Assembly (NCBI GenBank): GCA_963555995.3
Contig: OY821641.1
Span: 352,001-416,000 of the forward strand
Source of the DNA: Vicinamibacteria bacterium
GTDB taxonomy: Bacteria > Acidobacteriota > Vicinamibacteria > Marinacidobacterales > Marinacidobacteraceae
Length of the DNA stretch: 64,000 nt
Direction of reading: 5' to 3'
Positions 50,921-61,214 of this stretch are shown in pieces. Every line of letters begins with the position of its first letter. Positions within the stretch are counted from its first letter, which is position 1. A program made the translations under genes and the position numbers. The notes under the pieces were generated by a model, which was not told the origin of the DNA, ran no database searches, and worked only from the letters and a program-made list of their open reading frames with translations.

Positions 50921-52024
50921 ATGCGCCGCCGCGGGACCGCGATCCTCTTCACCGTCGTCGCGGCGGGCTGGGTGGCCACCCCGGCGAACGGCTACCGGTT
51001 CTTCGCGCGCCACGGCGGGCTGTACCGGATCGCTTCCGTCGCGGGGGCGGTCCGCTGGGACGCCTCGGCGTTTCCGCTGCGGTTCCGGCTCCTCGAGAAC
51101 GACAACCTGCCGGACGTCCCCGGATTCGACGCCGCGCTCTGGCGCGAGAGCGCGGAACGCGGAATCCGGGCCTGGACGGAGATCGGGACGGCGGACCTGA
51201 CGCTCGTGCTGGAGGAGGAGACGGTCGCCGCCGATGCCGGCCGGATGGGCGACGGGATCAACACCATCGGTTTCTCATCACTCGACATCGTCGCGGGGGG
51301 GCCGTTCGCCACCGCCGACGTGCAGTACACACGCGGCCGGGTGACCGGGTGCGACATCCACCTGAGTCCGGCCTACCTCGAGGGCCGGTCCCTCGACGCG
51401 CCGACCGCGTTCGAGGAGCTCCCGGACTACCTCGCGCGGACGGTGATGCACGAGGTCGGGCACTGCCTCGGTCTCGCCCACAGCGCCATGAACCCGACCT
51501 GGCTTGCCCGGCCCGGCGCGGTGGAACGGCCGCCGGGGCATTTCCCGGACGGCGTCGCCAGCCTCCAGCCCCACCCCCGGATGTCCTACGGCACGATCCG
51601 GACCGTCGCGCTGGAGCCGGACGACGCGGTAGGGGCGTCGCTGCTCTACCCGGCGCCGGGGTTCGTCGAGTCCCGTGGCGCGCTCACCGGCCGGGTGCTG
51701 CTCGCGAACGGCCGGCCGGCGCCCTTCGTCTACGTCCAGAGCGTCGCCTACACGGCGGAAGGCGCGGTCTTCGGAGCGGGGGCGTTCACCGACTCCTGGG
51801 GCCAGTTCCTCCTCGAGGGTCTCGAACCCGGCTTCCGCCACTTCTGGGTCCGGCCGCTGCACCAGATCCTCGCCCACTCGTTCATCGCCGACGCGGCCGC
51901 CGCCGGCTCGCTCGAACTCCAGCACGAGCAGCGCTGGTTCGAGATCCGCCGCGGCGAGATCACCCGGGCCCCGGACATCACGGTCCATCCCGCCCGCGAC
52001 CGCCGCCGGGAGGCGGGTCCGTGA
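50921..52024 (+). CDS. Secreted matrixin/metzincin-like metalloprotease
   Basis: Signal peptide; HEVGHCLGLAH zinc motif, Met-turn RMSY and a C-terminal beta-sandwich. Confidence 0.85.
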   Translation: MRRRGTAILFTVVAAGWVATPANGYRFFARHGGLYRIASVAGAVRWDASAFPLRFRLLENDNLPDVPGFDAALWRESAERGIRAWTEIGTADLTLVLEEETVAADAGRMGDGINTIGFSSLDIVAGGPFATADVQYTRGRVTGCDIHLSPAYLEGRSLDAPTAFEELPDYLARTVMHEVGHCLGLAHSAMNPTWLARPGAVERPPGHFPDGVASLQPHPRMSYGTIRTVALEPDDAVGASLLYPAPGFVESRGALTGRVLLANGRPAPFVYVQSVAYTAEGAVFGAGAFTDSWGQFLLEGLEPGFRHFWVRPLHQILAHSFIADAAAAGSLELQHEQRWFEIRRGEITRAPDITVHPARDRRREAGP

Positions 52025-52929
52025 AGCGGCTCGGGGCCGGGCTCCTCCTCGCTCTTCTGGCCCTCGCCGCTTGCGGGGAGGATGCGCCGGTCACGACGAC
52101 GCCGGACCCGCCGCGTCCGCGGCCGACGCCCGATCCGCCCCCGCCCCGACCGGGACCCGATCCGGACGCGATCCCGGTCGGGTTCGGAGGCGTGCTCCCC
52201 GCTCCGGGAGCGGCCCTGACCCTCCACCCGGGAACGGAGTTCGTGATCCCGGTGATGGTGGACGGCGACCTCGGCGAGGCCGTGCGCAACCCCGCCTGGA
52301 CCGGAGTCCCGGTCCGGGTGGTGACCGACGCGCCGCCGGATGTCCTGACGGTCCCCGGCGAACTGACGGTCGAGGGCCGGCGGGACCCCGACCTGCTGGC
52401 GATCCGGGCGCTCGCGGCGGCCGACTCCCGCCGTACCTACGAGGTCCGCCTCGAACCCCCGCCGGGGGGATTCCCGGAGCTGTCCGGCCTCTCGTTCCGG
52501 CTCGATTCCGAACCGGTCCTGGTCCGCGTCGCGGATCCCGGACCGGCGGACGCGCCGGACTGCCGCGGTCTCGCGCTCGCCGCCGGGACGGTCCGTTCCG
52601 GCGACGGGGGCCAGCTCGGGAGGAACTGGTTCGGGGACCTCGGCGGCGCCTACCGGTCCGCGGCGGTGACGCTGCGTTCGCCCGGCGCCCGCGCCGAACT
52701 CCGCCTGCTCGGGGACTACCAGCAACTGCCCTACGGCGACGTCGGGGACGCCTACAACCTGGTCCCCGTCCTGTTCGCCCACGGCCTCGGTCTCGAGGAA
52801 ACCCCGGCCGGTTTCGAGCAGACCCTCGCCCTCGCCTGGTTCGACGAACTCCGGCTGCGAGCGGTGCTCCCCGGCTGCGCCCCGATCGAGCTCCACTGCA
52901 CCGACCGCAGCCGGTGTCAGCCGCGCTGA
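52021..52929 (+). CDS. Hypothetical lipoprotein with Pro-rich linker
   Basis: GTG 52021, MKRLGAGLLLALLALAAC lipobox; coupled to the protease gene. Confidence 0.75.
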   Translation: MKRLGAGLLLALLALAACGEDAPVTTTPDPPRPRPTPDPPPPRPGPDPDAIPVGFGGVLPAPGAALTLHPGTEFVIPVMVDGDLGEAVRNPAWTGVPVRVVTDAPPDVLTVPGELTVEGRRDPDLLAIRALAAADSRRTYEVRLEPPPGGFPELSGLSFRLDSEPVLVRVADPGPADAPDCRGLALAAGTVRSGDGGQLGRNWFGDLGGAYRSAAVTLRSPGARAELRLLGDYQQLPYGDVGDAYNLVPVLFAHGLGLEETPAGFEQTLALAWFDELRLRAVLPGCAPIELHCTDRSRCQPR

Positions 52930-55067
52930 GGGTGTGGCGCTCCGTCCACCTGCTCCCTGATTGCTTCGCCGACATCCTTTGCCACGTCCAGAACCTCGGC
53001 CGGTACGCGCACCGTCTCTCCCGTCTGGAGCCGCAGCGCGGCAACGAGCGGACTCAATGCTTCCGCTTTCGCCCGGTCGCTCGCCAGCACCTCCACCAGT
53101 TCCTGCGGCGATGCTCCCGCCGCCACCAGATCCGGCACGAGGTTCTGGATGTCGCCCAGCATCATGTCGTTCGCCGGGAGAAACACCTCGTAGGCCGACC
53201 TGAACTCGGCTACCGCCGCGTCCGTCCGCCCGTGTTCCGCGAGAGCCTGCGCACGAAACGAATGCGCGAGCCATTGCAGACCGGGCCGCAGCGCCTCGGG
53301 GACTCGATCCACACGAGCCGCCATCTCGTCGCACCGGGCCAGCGCGGCGGCGAGCGGTCCCATCGTGATCTCCAGGGTTACGTGACACATCAGCGCGACG
53401 ACCAAGTACGCCTGCACCTCTGGAGTCTCGTTCGCGCCGAAACGCTTCATCGCGAGTTCGCACGTTTTCCGCGATGCCCCGAAGTCATTTCTCTCGGCCT
53501 CGGCAAAGGCCCGGTCGCTCAAGTGCCTCGTGATGGCGACGGCAAGATCGCTCACTGTCCGTGCGGGAAGGCGCGACGTTGCCTCTTCGTAGGTGGCGAT
53601 TGCGGATTCGGCGTCGTCGAGTCGGAGTTGCATCCGTCCCGTTTCGACCATCAGGACGGCATGAAGGCGCGTCCGCTCCGAAGGTTCCACCTCAGGCAGG
53701 CTATCCACGGCATCGGACAGCATCTTCAGCGCCACCGTGAGCCGGCCACGGGTTTCCTGTTCCAGCGCCCGGAAGACCAGCGGGTGTTCCGTCCGCGCGG
53801 CCAGAAGCCCCTCTCGGACTTCTGGTGTGGTTCGCGCTTCGTCCAGAAGTCGGAGAAACCAGCCGAGCCGTCCGGTACTCGAGTAGAAGAGACCCATGAA
53901 CCGGATCAGATGGCGTATGACGCCGGCCTCGTTTTGCTCGCGCCGCAGCTTGTAGTAGATGCAGAAGAGACGCTCCGCGATGGCGTGGAGTTGCTTCTTG
54001 CGTTCCGGCCGCGCAATGACCGCGCCGCGTTTCCTGAGGCGACCGAGCATGACGGACACGGTCCGGATGTCCAGCCTTGCGCGGGCAGCGATCTCTCCCG
54101 CCTCGGAGGGTTGCCACAGGTCGGCCATCGCGAGGAACACCCGTCGCTCCAGCGCGGGTAGCGCCTCGATCTGAGTCCGAAAGTACTCGCTGTGGTCATC
54201 AATCAGGGCGGCTAGTCGTTCCATCAGCCCGCGTAAGGACAAGCGCTCCGCAGACTGCCCCAGGATCACCAGGAGCCGCGGGCTGCCCCCGGTGAGGATT
54301 TCGAGGGGCCGGATGTCCCGTCCTTCCAGGGACTCCCCGGACACACGCTCCCAGAGCCGCCGACAGTCCTCCGTGTGCAGCGAATCCAGGCTGACGGTGT
54401 GGAAGAGTTCGAAGAACGGCGCCCGTGCGTCGTCGATCGCCGCAAAGCGGGCGGTTGCGGTGGCGAGCAGGATGATGCGCGGCTCCGACTGAAGCGAGGC
54501 CCGTAGCTTCCACCCGAAGTCCTCTTTCCGGCGTCCGAAGAGCACGTGCAGGTTCTCGACCATCAGGACGAGCCTCCGGTCCATGCGTTCGGAAGCTGCC
54601 AGTACGGCGGCGCGGGCACTTTCTTCCAGTGGGGCGTCCTGCCAGCGCCGGATCACATCTGCCCGGGTCGCCCGTAGTTCGGCGGCGATTTCGGGCTGGC
54701 TCGCTTCGACTTCTCTGGCGACGTGAAACAGTGTCTCCAGCCAGAACGACGCGGCATCGAAGACCTCGGCGCTCTCGTCCGTAAACCGGACCGGCAGGAG
54801 CCTGGGAGCAAACTCGGGATTGGTCCGGATTTCCGCCGCCACGCGGGCGAGCAAGGTGGATTTCCCCTGGCCGCGAGGCCCGAGGATCAGCGCGTGCTGG
54901 CACGACGGTGAGTCCAGGTTCCCGCGCAGAATGTCGAGCACGATCTCCAGCTCAGGCTGCCGGACGGCGAACTGCCCGATGACCTGCTCGTCCGATTGGA
55001 GGAGCCCCGGATGGTGTTTGCGGAACACCTCACGGCTTTCCCGCGCGGGCTCGGGTACCGCGGTCAT
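52917..55067 (-). CDS. STAND-like ATPase + wHTH + TPR-like repeats
   Basis: GPRGQGKSTLL, degenerate Walker B LMVEN, TGGSPRL, AGEIAARARLD..LGRLRKRG and helical repeats. Confidence 0.8.
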   Translation of the reverse strand: MTAVPEPARESREVFRKHHPGLLQSDEQVIGQFAVRQPELEIVLDILRGNLDSPSCQHALILGPRGQGKSTLLARVAAEIRTNPEFAPRLLPVRFTDESAEVFDAASFWLETLFHVAREVEASQPEIAAELRATRADVIRRWQDAPLEESARAAVLAASERMDRRLVLMVENLHVLFGRRKEDFGWKLRASLQSEPRIILLATATARFAAIDDARAPFFELFHTVSLDSLHTEDCRRLWERVSGESLEGRDIRPLEILTGGSPRLLVILGQSAERLSLRGLMERLAALIDDHSEYFRTQIEALPALERRVFLAMADLWQPSEAGEIAARARLDIRTVSVMLGRLRKRGAVIARPERKKQLHAIAERLFCIYYKLRREQNEAGVIRHLIRFMGLFYSSTGRLGWFLRLLDEARTTPEVREGLLAARTEHPLVFRALEQETRGRLTVALKMLSDAVDSLPEVEPSERTRLHAVLMVETGRMQLRLDDAESAIATYEEATSRLPARTVSDLAVAITRHLSDRAFAEAERNDFGASRKTCELAMKRFGANETPEVQAYLVVALMCHVTLEITMGPLAAALARCDEMAARVDRVPEALRPGLQWLAHSFRAQALAEHGRTDAAVAEFRSAYEVFLPANDMMLGDIQNLVPDLVAAGASPQELVEVLASDRAKAEALSPLVAALRLQTGETVRVPAEVLDVAKDVGEAIREQVDGAPHPQRG

Positions 55068-55949
55068 TCAGCCGACACTCCCGGACGTTTGCCCAGCATC
55101 CGGCGTTCAAGAGGCTCGTGGCTATCCCGGAACCGGGACGCCCACCAGTCTCTCAGGAGCCGCGAGCCGAACGTGTGTCCGCCCGCAGCCTGCTCCAGGT
55201 AGCCGTCGTGCATCAGCACATCCAGCGTGTCTGCGACCCGCTCGGGCAAGCCGGTCGAAGCACCGCACGCTCGTTTCCCGGTTCCAGGCGCCGAGACGAA
55301 CGGGGTAGAGATGGTTGATCCGATCCGGGATGCCGAGCCGGCGCGCCAGCGGTTCGAGTCCGATACTTCCGGAGACGATGAGACTGAGCGATCCGCCCTC
55401 GATCTCCTGGAGCGCGCCACGCAGCCAACTGAGAAAGACATCCACTCGGTCCCGACCGTCGGAATTCCGAAGCGTTCTCTTCAGGAAGATGGGCAGTTCA
55501 TCCAAAACGAGAAGGACCGGCTGTTCGTACTCGGCACAGTTTCGCAGGAGCTCGCGGCCGTGGCGCTTCCAGGTTCCCGCATTCAGCTCGGCGCGGATCC
55601 CGACCTTGAAATCACCGACGCCAACCTCGTTCAGGTTTTCGCCCACCCAACGTCCGAAGCGCTCGCCGAGCCGATCGCGCAGGGATCGCACCGAGTGCGC
55701 GGCGCGGGCGATGTCCGCGATCACGTCTTCCGCGTCGTCAGCCCCCTCCACGTCTGCGAAGAGGAACACCCATCCATCGGCTTCCAGGCGACGCCCAAGT
55801 TCTCGGGTGAGGCTGGTCTTCCCCATCCGCCGCTGGCCCGTGAGCAGCACGTGGTTGTGTTCGCGCGCCAGATTGTCGAGCAGTCGCAGCTCGGATTCGC
55901 GGTCGAAGAAGTCTTCGCCACTGACCCAGCGGCCCGTGGACACTCGCAT
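55064..55949 (-). pseudogene. AAA ATPase + wHTH, frameshifted (probably an internal deletion near 55245)
   Basis: FFDRESE, GQRRMGKTSL and LVLDELP in one frame; the C-terminal LDVLMHDGYL..FGSRLLRDWW is in another frame that overlaps the downstream start. Confidence 0.75.
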
Positions 55950-55993
55950 CTGTCGGTTCCTCCTTTCTCGGCAATGCGCTTGGACGATAGAGC

Positions 55994-56024
55994 ACAACTC
56001 AAATGTTGTCAACTCACTTGTTGT
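55994..56024. promoter_or_regulatory. Tandem palindromic operators
   Basis: ACAAC-N6-GTTGT followed 15 bp later by TCAAC-N6-GTTGT, upstream of the AGGAGG RBS of the ATPase. Confidence 0.55.
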
Positions 56025-56134
56025 TCTGAATCGGCTGCCCTGGATTCAACTTGCGGCCGGCGCCCAGACCCTTGAACAAGGCGCATTCGCTGCCGGATGC
56101 GGTAGCAGCCCGCAACCCGGGTGTCTCCCGGCCG

Positions 56135-56563
56135 AGCTACCGTCACTAACGCTGCCTCCGGGCGGGAGCTACCGTCACTAACGCTGCCTCCGGGCGGGAG
56201 CTACCGTCACTAACGCTGCCTCCGGGCGGGAGCTACCGTCACTAACGCTGCCTCCGGGCGGGAGCTACCGTCACTAACGCCGTCTCCGGACGGCAGCTAC
56301 CGTCACTAACGCCGTCTCCGGGCAGGAGCTACCGTCATTAGCGGTGTCTCCGGGCGGCAGCTACCGTCATTAGCGGTGTCTCCGGACGGCAGCTACCGTC
56401 ATTAGTGGCGTCTCCGGGCGGCAGCTACCGTCATTAGCGGTGTCTCCGGGCGCGGAGCTACCGTCATTAGCGCGATCTCCGGGCAGGAGCTACCGTCACT
56501 AACGGCGTCTCTGGGCGGGGAGCTACCGTCACTAGCGCGGCCTGCGAGCCGGAGCTCCCGTCA
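56135..56563. repeat. Tandem array of 13 (+1 degenerate) 32-33-bp units
   Basis: Core AGCTACCGTCA(C/T)TA at 56135, 56167, 56199, 56231, 56263, 56295, 56327, 56359, 56391, 56423, 56456, 56488 and 56521; degenerate copy at 56553. Confidence 0.95.
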
Positions 56564-56703
56564 ATCCCCCCGACTCCCGCGCCCGGTCGCCCCCCGCCGC
56601 TCTGGTAGATTCGCCGCCGTCCGCCGCGCCACCTCCCGACCCGGGGCCGCAGCACCGAAACCGGCGGCTCCCGCACCTTCTTGACCCCCGCGCCCCGTCC
56701 CGC

Positions 56704-59700
56704 ATGAACCCGCCCGGGAGCGTCGCGGGCGGTCTCTTCGCCGGCGAGTTCCTCGCCGAGTCCGTCCGCGAACTGCCCCAGTGGAAGGAGGCGCGGGCGG
56801 ACCTCGCCGCCGGGGTCGCCGCCCGCCTCCGGGACATCCGATCCGCGTTCCCCGCGCGCGAGGACTCGAACGAGGCGATCACCGAGGACGAGTTCATCTG
56901 GAAGGTGCTCGGCGCGCTCGGGTGGACCGCGGCCCTCCGCCAGCAGAACCTGAGCCTGCGCGGGCACTACGACATCCCGGACGGCCTCCTCTTCACCAGC
57001 GAAGCCGACAAGAATCAGGCGCTCGGTGTCCACGACGAGCCGCACCGCTACGCCGCCGGCGTCTGCCTCGTCGAGTCGAAGCGCTGGGGCCTCGACCTCG
57101 ACCGCGCCTCGGGCGCGCACCGGATCGCCCCCGCCACCCAGATGCTCCGCTATCTCGCGGAGGCGCGCGTGGTCACCGGTGGCCGGCTCCGCTGGGGGAT
57201 CCTGACGAACGGCGCCCGCTGGCGGCTCTACCGCACGGACGCCCGTTCGGTCGCCGACGAGTTCTTCGAGGTGGACCTCGAAGCGGCGCTCACCGGCGCG
57301 CCGACGCTCTTCGCGCCGACCCCGGAAGAGGCCGCCGACGCGCTCACGCTGTTCGTGCTGTTCTTCCGGCGGGACGCCTTCCACCGGCGCGATGCCGACT
57401 GGAAGAACGTCCTCGACCGCGCCGTCGAGGGCGGCCGCTTCCTCGAGGAGCGGGTCGCCGCCGACCTGTCGGAGGTGGTCTTCCGCGAGGTGTTCCCGTC
57501 GCTCGTCCGCGCCATCGCCGCCGAGGCCGGGGACGCTCCGCTCGGCGAGGTGCGCGACGCGGCGCTGGTCCTGCTCTACCGGCTGCTGTTCATCCTCTAC
57601 GCCGAGGACCGCGGCCTGCTCCCGGTGGACGACGCGAAGTACCGGGCGGTCGGCCTCCGCCACCGGGTGCGGAGCGACATCGCGGCGCGGCTCGACCGGG
57701 GGGAGGCGTTCTCGGCGAAGGCGACGGGCTACTGGCACGCGGTGGCGGACCTCTGCCGCGTCATTGACGAGGGCGACCCGGCGTTCGGGCTGCCGCCCTA
57801 CAACGGCGGCCTCTTCGATCCGGGACGCGCGCCGCTGCTGGACCGCATCGCGCTCGGGAACGCGGCGCTCGCCCCGGTGGTGGACGCGATGGCGTGCCGC
57901 CGGACGGCGGAGGGCCGGCGCTACATCAGCTACCGCGACCTCTCCGTCCAGCAGCTCGGCTCGATCTACGAGCGGCTTCTGGAGCACGAGGTGGCGCGCG
58001 ACGGGGCGGGCGTGGTCGTCCGGCCCAACGCGCTGGCCCGGAAGGACTCCGGCAGCTACTACACCCCGGAGAGCCTCGTCCGGCTCATCATCCGGGAGAC
58101 CCTCGGGCCGAAAGTGGAGGACGCGCTCGCCGGGTTCCGGCGGGCCGCCCGCGACGGCGCGGAGAGGGACGCGGCGGCGCTCGCCGAAGCCGACGCCGCC
58201 TCCCGGCTGCTCGACCTGCGGGTCTGCGATCCGGCGATGGGTTCCGGCCACTTCCTCGTGAGCCTCGTGGACTACCTGACGGACCGGGTGATCGAGGCGC
58301 TGGCGGAAGCGCACCAGGTCGCACCCGGCTACGAGTCGCCGGTCGCGGCCCGCATCGAGGCGATCCGCGAGACGATCCGCCGGAACGCCGCCGCCGGCGG
58401 CTGGACCGTCGCCCCGTCGCAGCTCGACGACCGCCACCTGATCCGCCGGATGGTGCTGAAGCGCTGCGTGTACGGCGTGGACAAGAACCCGATGGCGGTC
58501 GAGCTCGCCAAGGTGTCGCTCTGGCTCCATTCGTTCACGGTGGGCGCCCCGCTCGGCTTCCTCGACCACCACCTCCGCGGCGGCGACAGCCTCTTCGGCG
58601 CCTGGGTGCGGCCGGCGACGGCGCGGGCGCTGCGGGAGGGTGGCCCGCTCTTCGTGAGCGGGCCGCTGCGGGCGGCGACCGAGGCCGCCCGGCCGATGGA
58701 GGCCATCGAGGCGCTGACCGACGCCGAGATCGCGGAGGCGGCCGAGTCGGAGCGCCTGTTCCGGGGGGTGCAGGAGCGCATCCGGCCGTTCGAAGCGTTC
58801 CTGTCGGTGCTCCACGCGCTCGACTGGCGCGACGACCGCTCCACCGAGGCGCGGGCGGCGGTGCGCGCCTGGCTCGCCGGGAAGTTCGGGGACCCGGTGG
58901 CGATCGCCGCCGGCGAGGCGGAGGTCCCGGGGGACGGGAAGTTCGGCGAACTGCTCGCCGAGGCGCGGGAGCGGATCGCGGAGGATGGTTTCCTCCACTG
59001 GGAGCTGGCGTTCCCCGGCGTGTGGCCCGACTGGGAGGCGGAGGGCGAGCGGCAGGGCGGTTTCGACGCCGTGATCGGGAACCCGCCGTGGGACCGGATG
59101 AAGCTCCAGCAGGTCGAGTGGTTCGCGTTCCGCCGTCCGGAGATCGCGGGGGCGCAGCGCGCGTCGGACCGGAAGGCGCTGATCGCCGCGCTGGAGCGGG
59201 ACGGCGCCCCGCTGGCGGACGACTTCCGCCGGGCCGACGCGCGGGCGAAGCGCGCCGCCGAGGTGGCGCGGAAGGGCGGCGACTACCCGCTGCTGTCGGG
59301 CGGGGACGTGAACATCTACTCGCTCTTCGTAGAGCGGGGGATGTCGCTCGTGAAGCCGGACGGGGCGGTCGGGCTGCTCGTCCCGTCCGGGATCGCGTCC
59401 GACAAGACGGCGGCGCGGTTCTTCCGTTCAGTAGCGACGGAGGGGCGGCTCCGCGCGCTCTACGACTTCGAGAACAAGAAGGTCTTCTTTCCCGCCGTCC
59501 ACGCCTCGTTCAAGTTCTGCGTGTTTGTGGCGGGGAGGTCAGGCGCGGACAGCCCGGCCCGCTGCGCGTTCTATCTGCACGGCCTGTCCGAACTGGAGGA
59601 CCCGGAGCGGCGGCTCGAGCTCACTCCGGAGGACTTCCGGCGGGTGAACCCGAACACCGGGACCGCCCCGATTTTCCGAAGCCGCCGCGATCAGGAGATC

Positions 59701-60726
59701 ACCACCGCGATCTACCGGCGGCTGCCGGTGCTGGTGGACCGGTCCTCGGGAGAACCGGTGAGCGCCTGGCCGGTGCGCTACTCGACGATGTTTCACATGA
59801 CGAACGACTCCCACCGGTTCCGTACCCGCACGGAGCTGGAGGAGAAGGAGGGGGCTTGGCACGTCGGGGGCAACCTCTACGACAGCCCGTCGGGCCGTTT
59901 CGTCCCCCTCTACGAGGGCAAGATGGTCCAGGCCTTCGACCACCGCGCCGCCAGCGTGGTGGTGAACCCCGACAACGTGTATCGGCCCGGCCAGCCCGTC
60001 CCCGCTACCGGCGCGCAACACGGAGATGCCAACTGGGTGCCCGACCCCCAGTTCTGGGTCGCGGAGTCGGATGTCGAGGAGGCGCGGGACTACGCGCTCG
60101 CCTTCAAGGATGTGACCGCCACCACGAACGTCCGCACCATGATCGCGGCGCTGATCCCCCGCTCCGGCGTCGGCAACACCCTCCCGCTCATCCTGCCCGG
60201 CGCCGACGAGTCGCCGCCCGCCGCGTTCTGGGCGCTCGCCGCCGCCAACCTGAACGCCCTCGTGTTCGACTTCATCGCCCGCCAGAAGGTCCAGTCCCAA
60301 CACCTCAACTGGTTCATCGTCGAACAACTCCCCGTCGTCCCCCCCGACCTCGCCGACGCCACCTCATTCGGCCCCAAGACCGCCACCCAGATCATCACCG
60401 AGACCGTCCTCGAACTCACCTACACCGCCCACGACATGGCCCCGTTCGCCAAGGCCCTCGGCCACGTGGACGAAGCCGGGAACCCCCTCCCACCCTTCCC
60501 CTGGAACGAAGCCCGCCGCCTCCGCCTCCGCGCCAAGCTCGACGCCCTCTTCTTCCACCTCTACGGCATCACCGACCGCGACGCCATCCGCCACATCTAC
60601 TCCACCTTCCCCATCGTCGCCCGCCACGAAAAGGCGGCCTACGGCACCTACCGCTCCCGCGACCTCACCCTCGCCTACCTCAACGCCCTCACCGCCAACC
60701 ACCCCGACGCCAACCCCACCCCCTGA
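56704..60726 (+). CDS. Type IIG/IIL fused restriction-modification enzyme (Eco57I-like)
   Basis: IPDG..LVESK nuclease, WGILTNG, GSYYTP, CDPAMGSGHF, GVDKNP, IGNPPW and a C-terminal TRD. Confidence 0.92.
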   Translation: MNPPGSVAGGLFAGEFLAESVRELPQWKEARADLAAGVAARLRDIRSAFPAREDSNEAITEDEFIWKVLGALGWTAALRQQNLSLRGHYDIPDGLLFTSEADKNQALGVHDEPHRYAAGVCLVESKRWGLDLDRASGAHRIAPATQMLRYLAEARVVTGGRLRWGILTNGARWRLYRTDARSVADEFFEVDLEAALTGAPTLFAPTPEEAADALTLFVLFFRRDAFHRRDADWKNVLDRAVEGGRFLEERVAADLSEVVFREVFPSLVRAIAAEAGDAPLGEVRDAALVLLYRLLFILYAEDRGLLPVDDAKYRAVGLRHRVRSDIAARLDRGEAFSAKATGYWHAVADLCRVIDEGDPAFGLPPYNGGLFDPGRAPLLDRIALGNAALAPVVDAMACRRTAEGRRYISYRDLSVQQLGSIYERLLEHEVARDGAGVVVRPNALARKDSGSYYTPESLVRLIIRETLGPKVEDALAGFRRAARDGAERDAAALAEADAASRLLDLRVCDPAMGSGHFLVSLVDYLTDRVIEALAEAHQVAPGYESPVAARIEAIRETIRRNAAAGGWTVAPSQLDDRHLIRRMVLKRCVYGVDKNPMAVELAKVSLWLHSFTVGAPLGFLDHHLRGGDSLFGAWVRPATARALREGGPLFVSGPLRAATEAARPMEAIEALTDAEIAEAAESERLFRGVQERIRPFEAFLSVLHALDWRDDRSTEARAAVRAWLAGKFGDPVAIAAGEAEVPGDGKFGELLAEARERIAEDGFLHWELAFPGVWPDWEAEGERQGGFDAVIGNPPWDRMKLQQVEWFAFRRPEIAGAQRASDRKALIAALERDGAPLADDFRRADARAKRAAEVARKGGDYPLLSGGDVNIYSLFVERGMSLVKPDGAVGLLVPSGIASDKTAARFFRSVATEGRLRALYDFENKKVFFPAVHASFKFCVFVAGRSGADSPARCAFYLHGLSELEDPERRLELTPEDFRRVNPNTGTAPIFRSRRDQEITTAIYRRLPVLVDRSSGEPVSAWPVRYSTMFHMTNDSHRFRTRTELEEKEGAWHVGGNLYDSPSGRFVPLYEGKMVQAFDHRAASVVVNPDNVYRPGQPVPATGAQHGDANWVPDPQFWVAESDVEEARDYALAFKDVTATTNVRTMIAALIPRSGVGNTLPLILPGADESPPAAFWALAAANLNALVFDFIARQKVQSQHLNWFIVEQLPVVPPDLADATSFGPKTATQIITETVLELTYTAHDMAPFAKALGHVDEAGNPLPPFPWNEARRLRLRAKLDALFFHLYGITDRDAIRHIYSTFPIVARHEKAAYGTYRSRDLTLAYLNALTANHPDANPTP

Positions 60727-60757
60727 CCAAGGCCCCAACCCAAGTCGCGCCGCCGGC

Positions 60758-60872
60758 TTGGAACGCCGGTCTCCAGACCGGCACCCGCTGCGCGCAGCGC
60801 AGCGGACAGCACAACGCGCCCCCAACCGGGATGGCGCTGCGCCTTGGGAGCGCCGGTCTTCAGACCGGCACC
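60758..60872. repeat. Two direct REP copies with partial REPIN interior
   Basis: TTGGAACGCCGGTC-TCCA-GACCGGCAC and TGGGAGCGCCGGTC-TTCA-GACCGGCAC. Confidence 0.85.
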
Positions 60873-60905
60873 GCAGACCTCTGACCCGACACCCTCAACA
60901 TTTCG

Positions 60906-61079
60906 TCAGTTATCAAAAAAATCACAAACATCCTGCCATTTTCGGGCCACATCGCGGGCGATTTCGACGGTCTCCGAAACGGTGCGCCCCTGCGCCAGCA
61001 GGCCCTGGATGTCCTCGGACGTTGCGAGATACGCCCCTTCCGGCAGCTTGGCGATGTGCAATCGGACGATTCGTTCCAT
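60906..61079 (-). pseudogene. HicB/DUF1902-like antitoxin, C-terminally truncated, no HicA partner
   Basis: MERIVRLHIAKLPEGAYLATSEDIQGLLAQGRTVSETVEIARDVARK followed by an unrelated AT-rich tail. Confidence 0.7.
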
Positions 61080-61214
61080 GGCGGCCACCGTTCTTCGGTG
61101 AGCGGGTGCTGGCGAGCATAGCGAAGCGCTCCGCTCCCGACGCTCACCCGGTCCGCGGCAAACCCGCTGAACCCCTCCCTCCCAACTCCCCCGACAAGAC
61201 CGTCTCCAACCCCC

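Noticed and set aside
56135-56563. CRISPR array
   Set aside because: The inter-core segments are about 18 bp and similar or identical to each other rather than unique spacers; the period is only 32 bp; no cas genes are in the window.
56704-60726. BREX PglX or DISARM methylase
   Set aside because: No pglZ/brxC or drmAB neighbours; an N-terminal nuclease motif supports a stand-alone type IIG enzyme.
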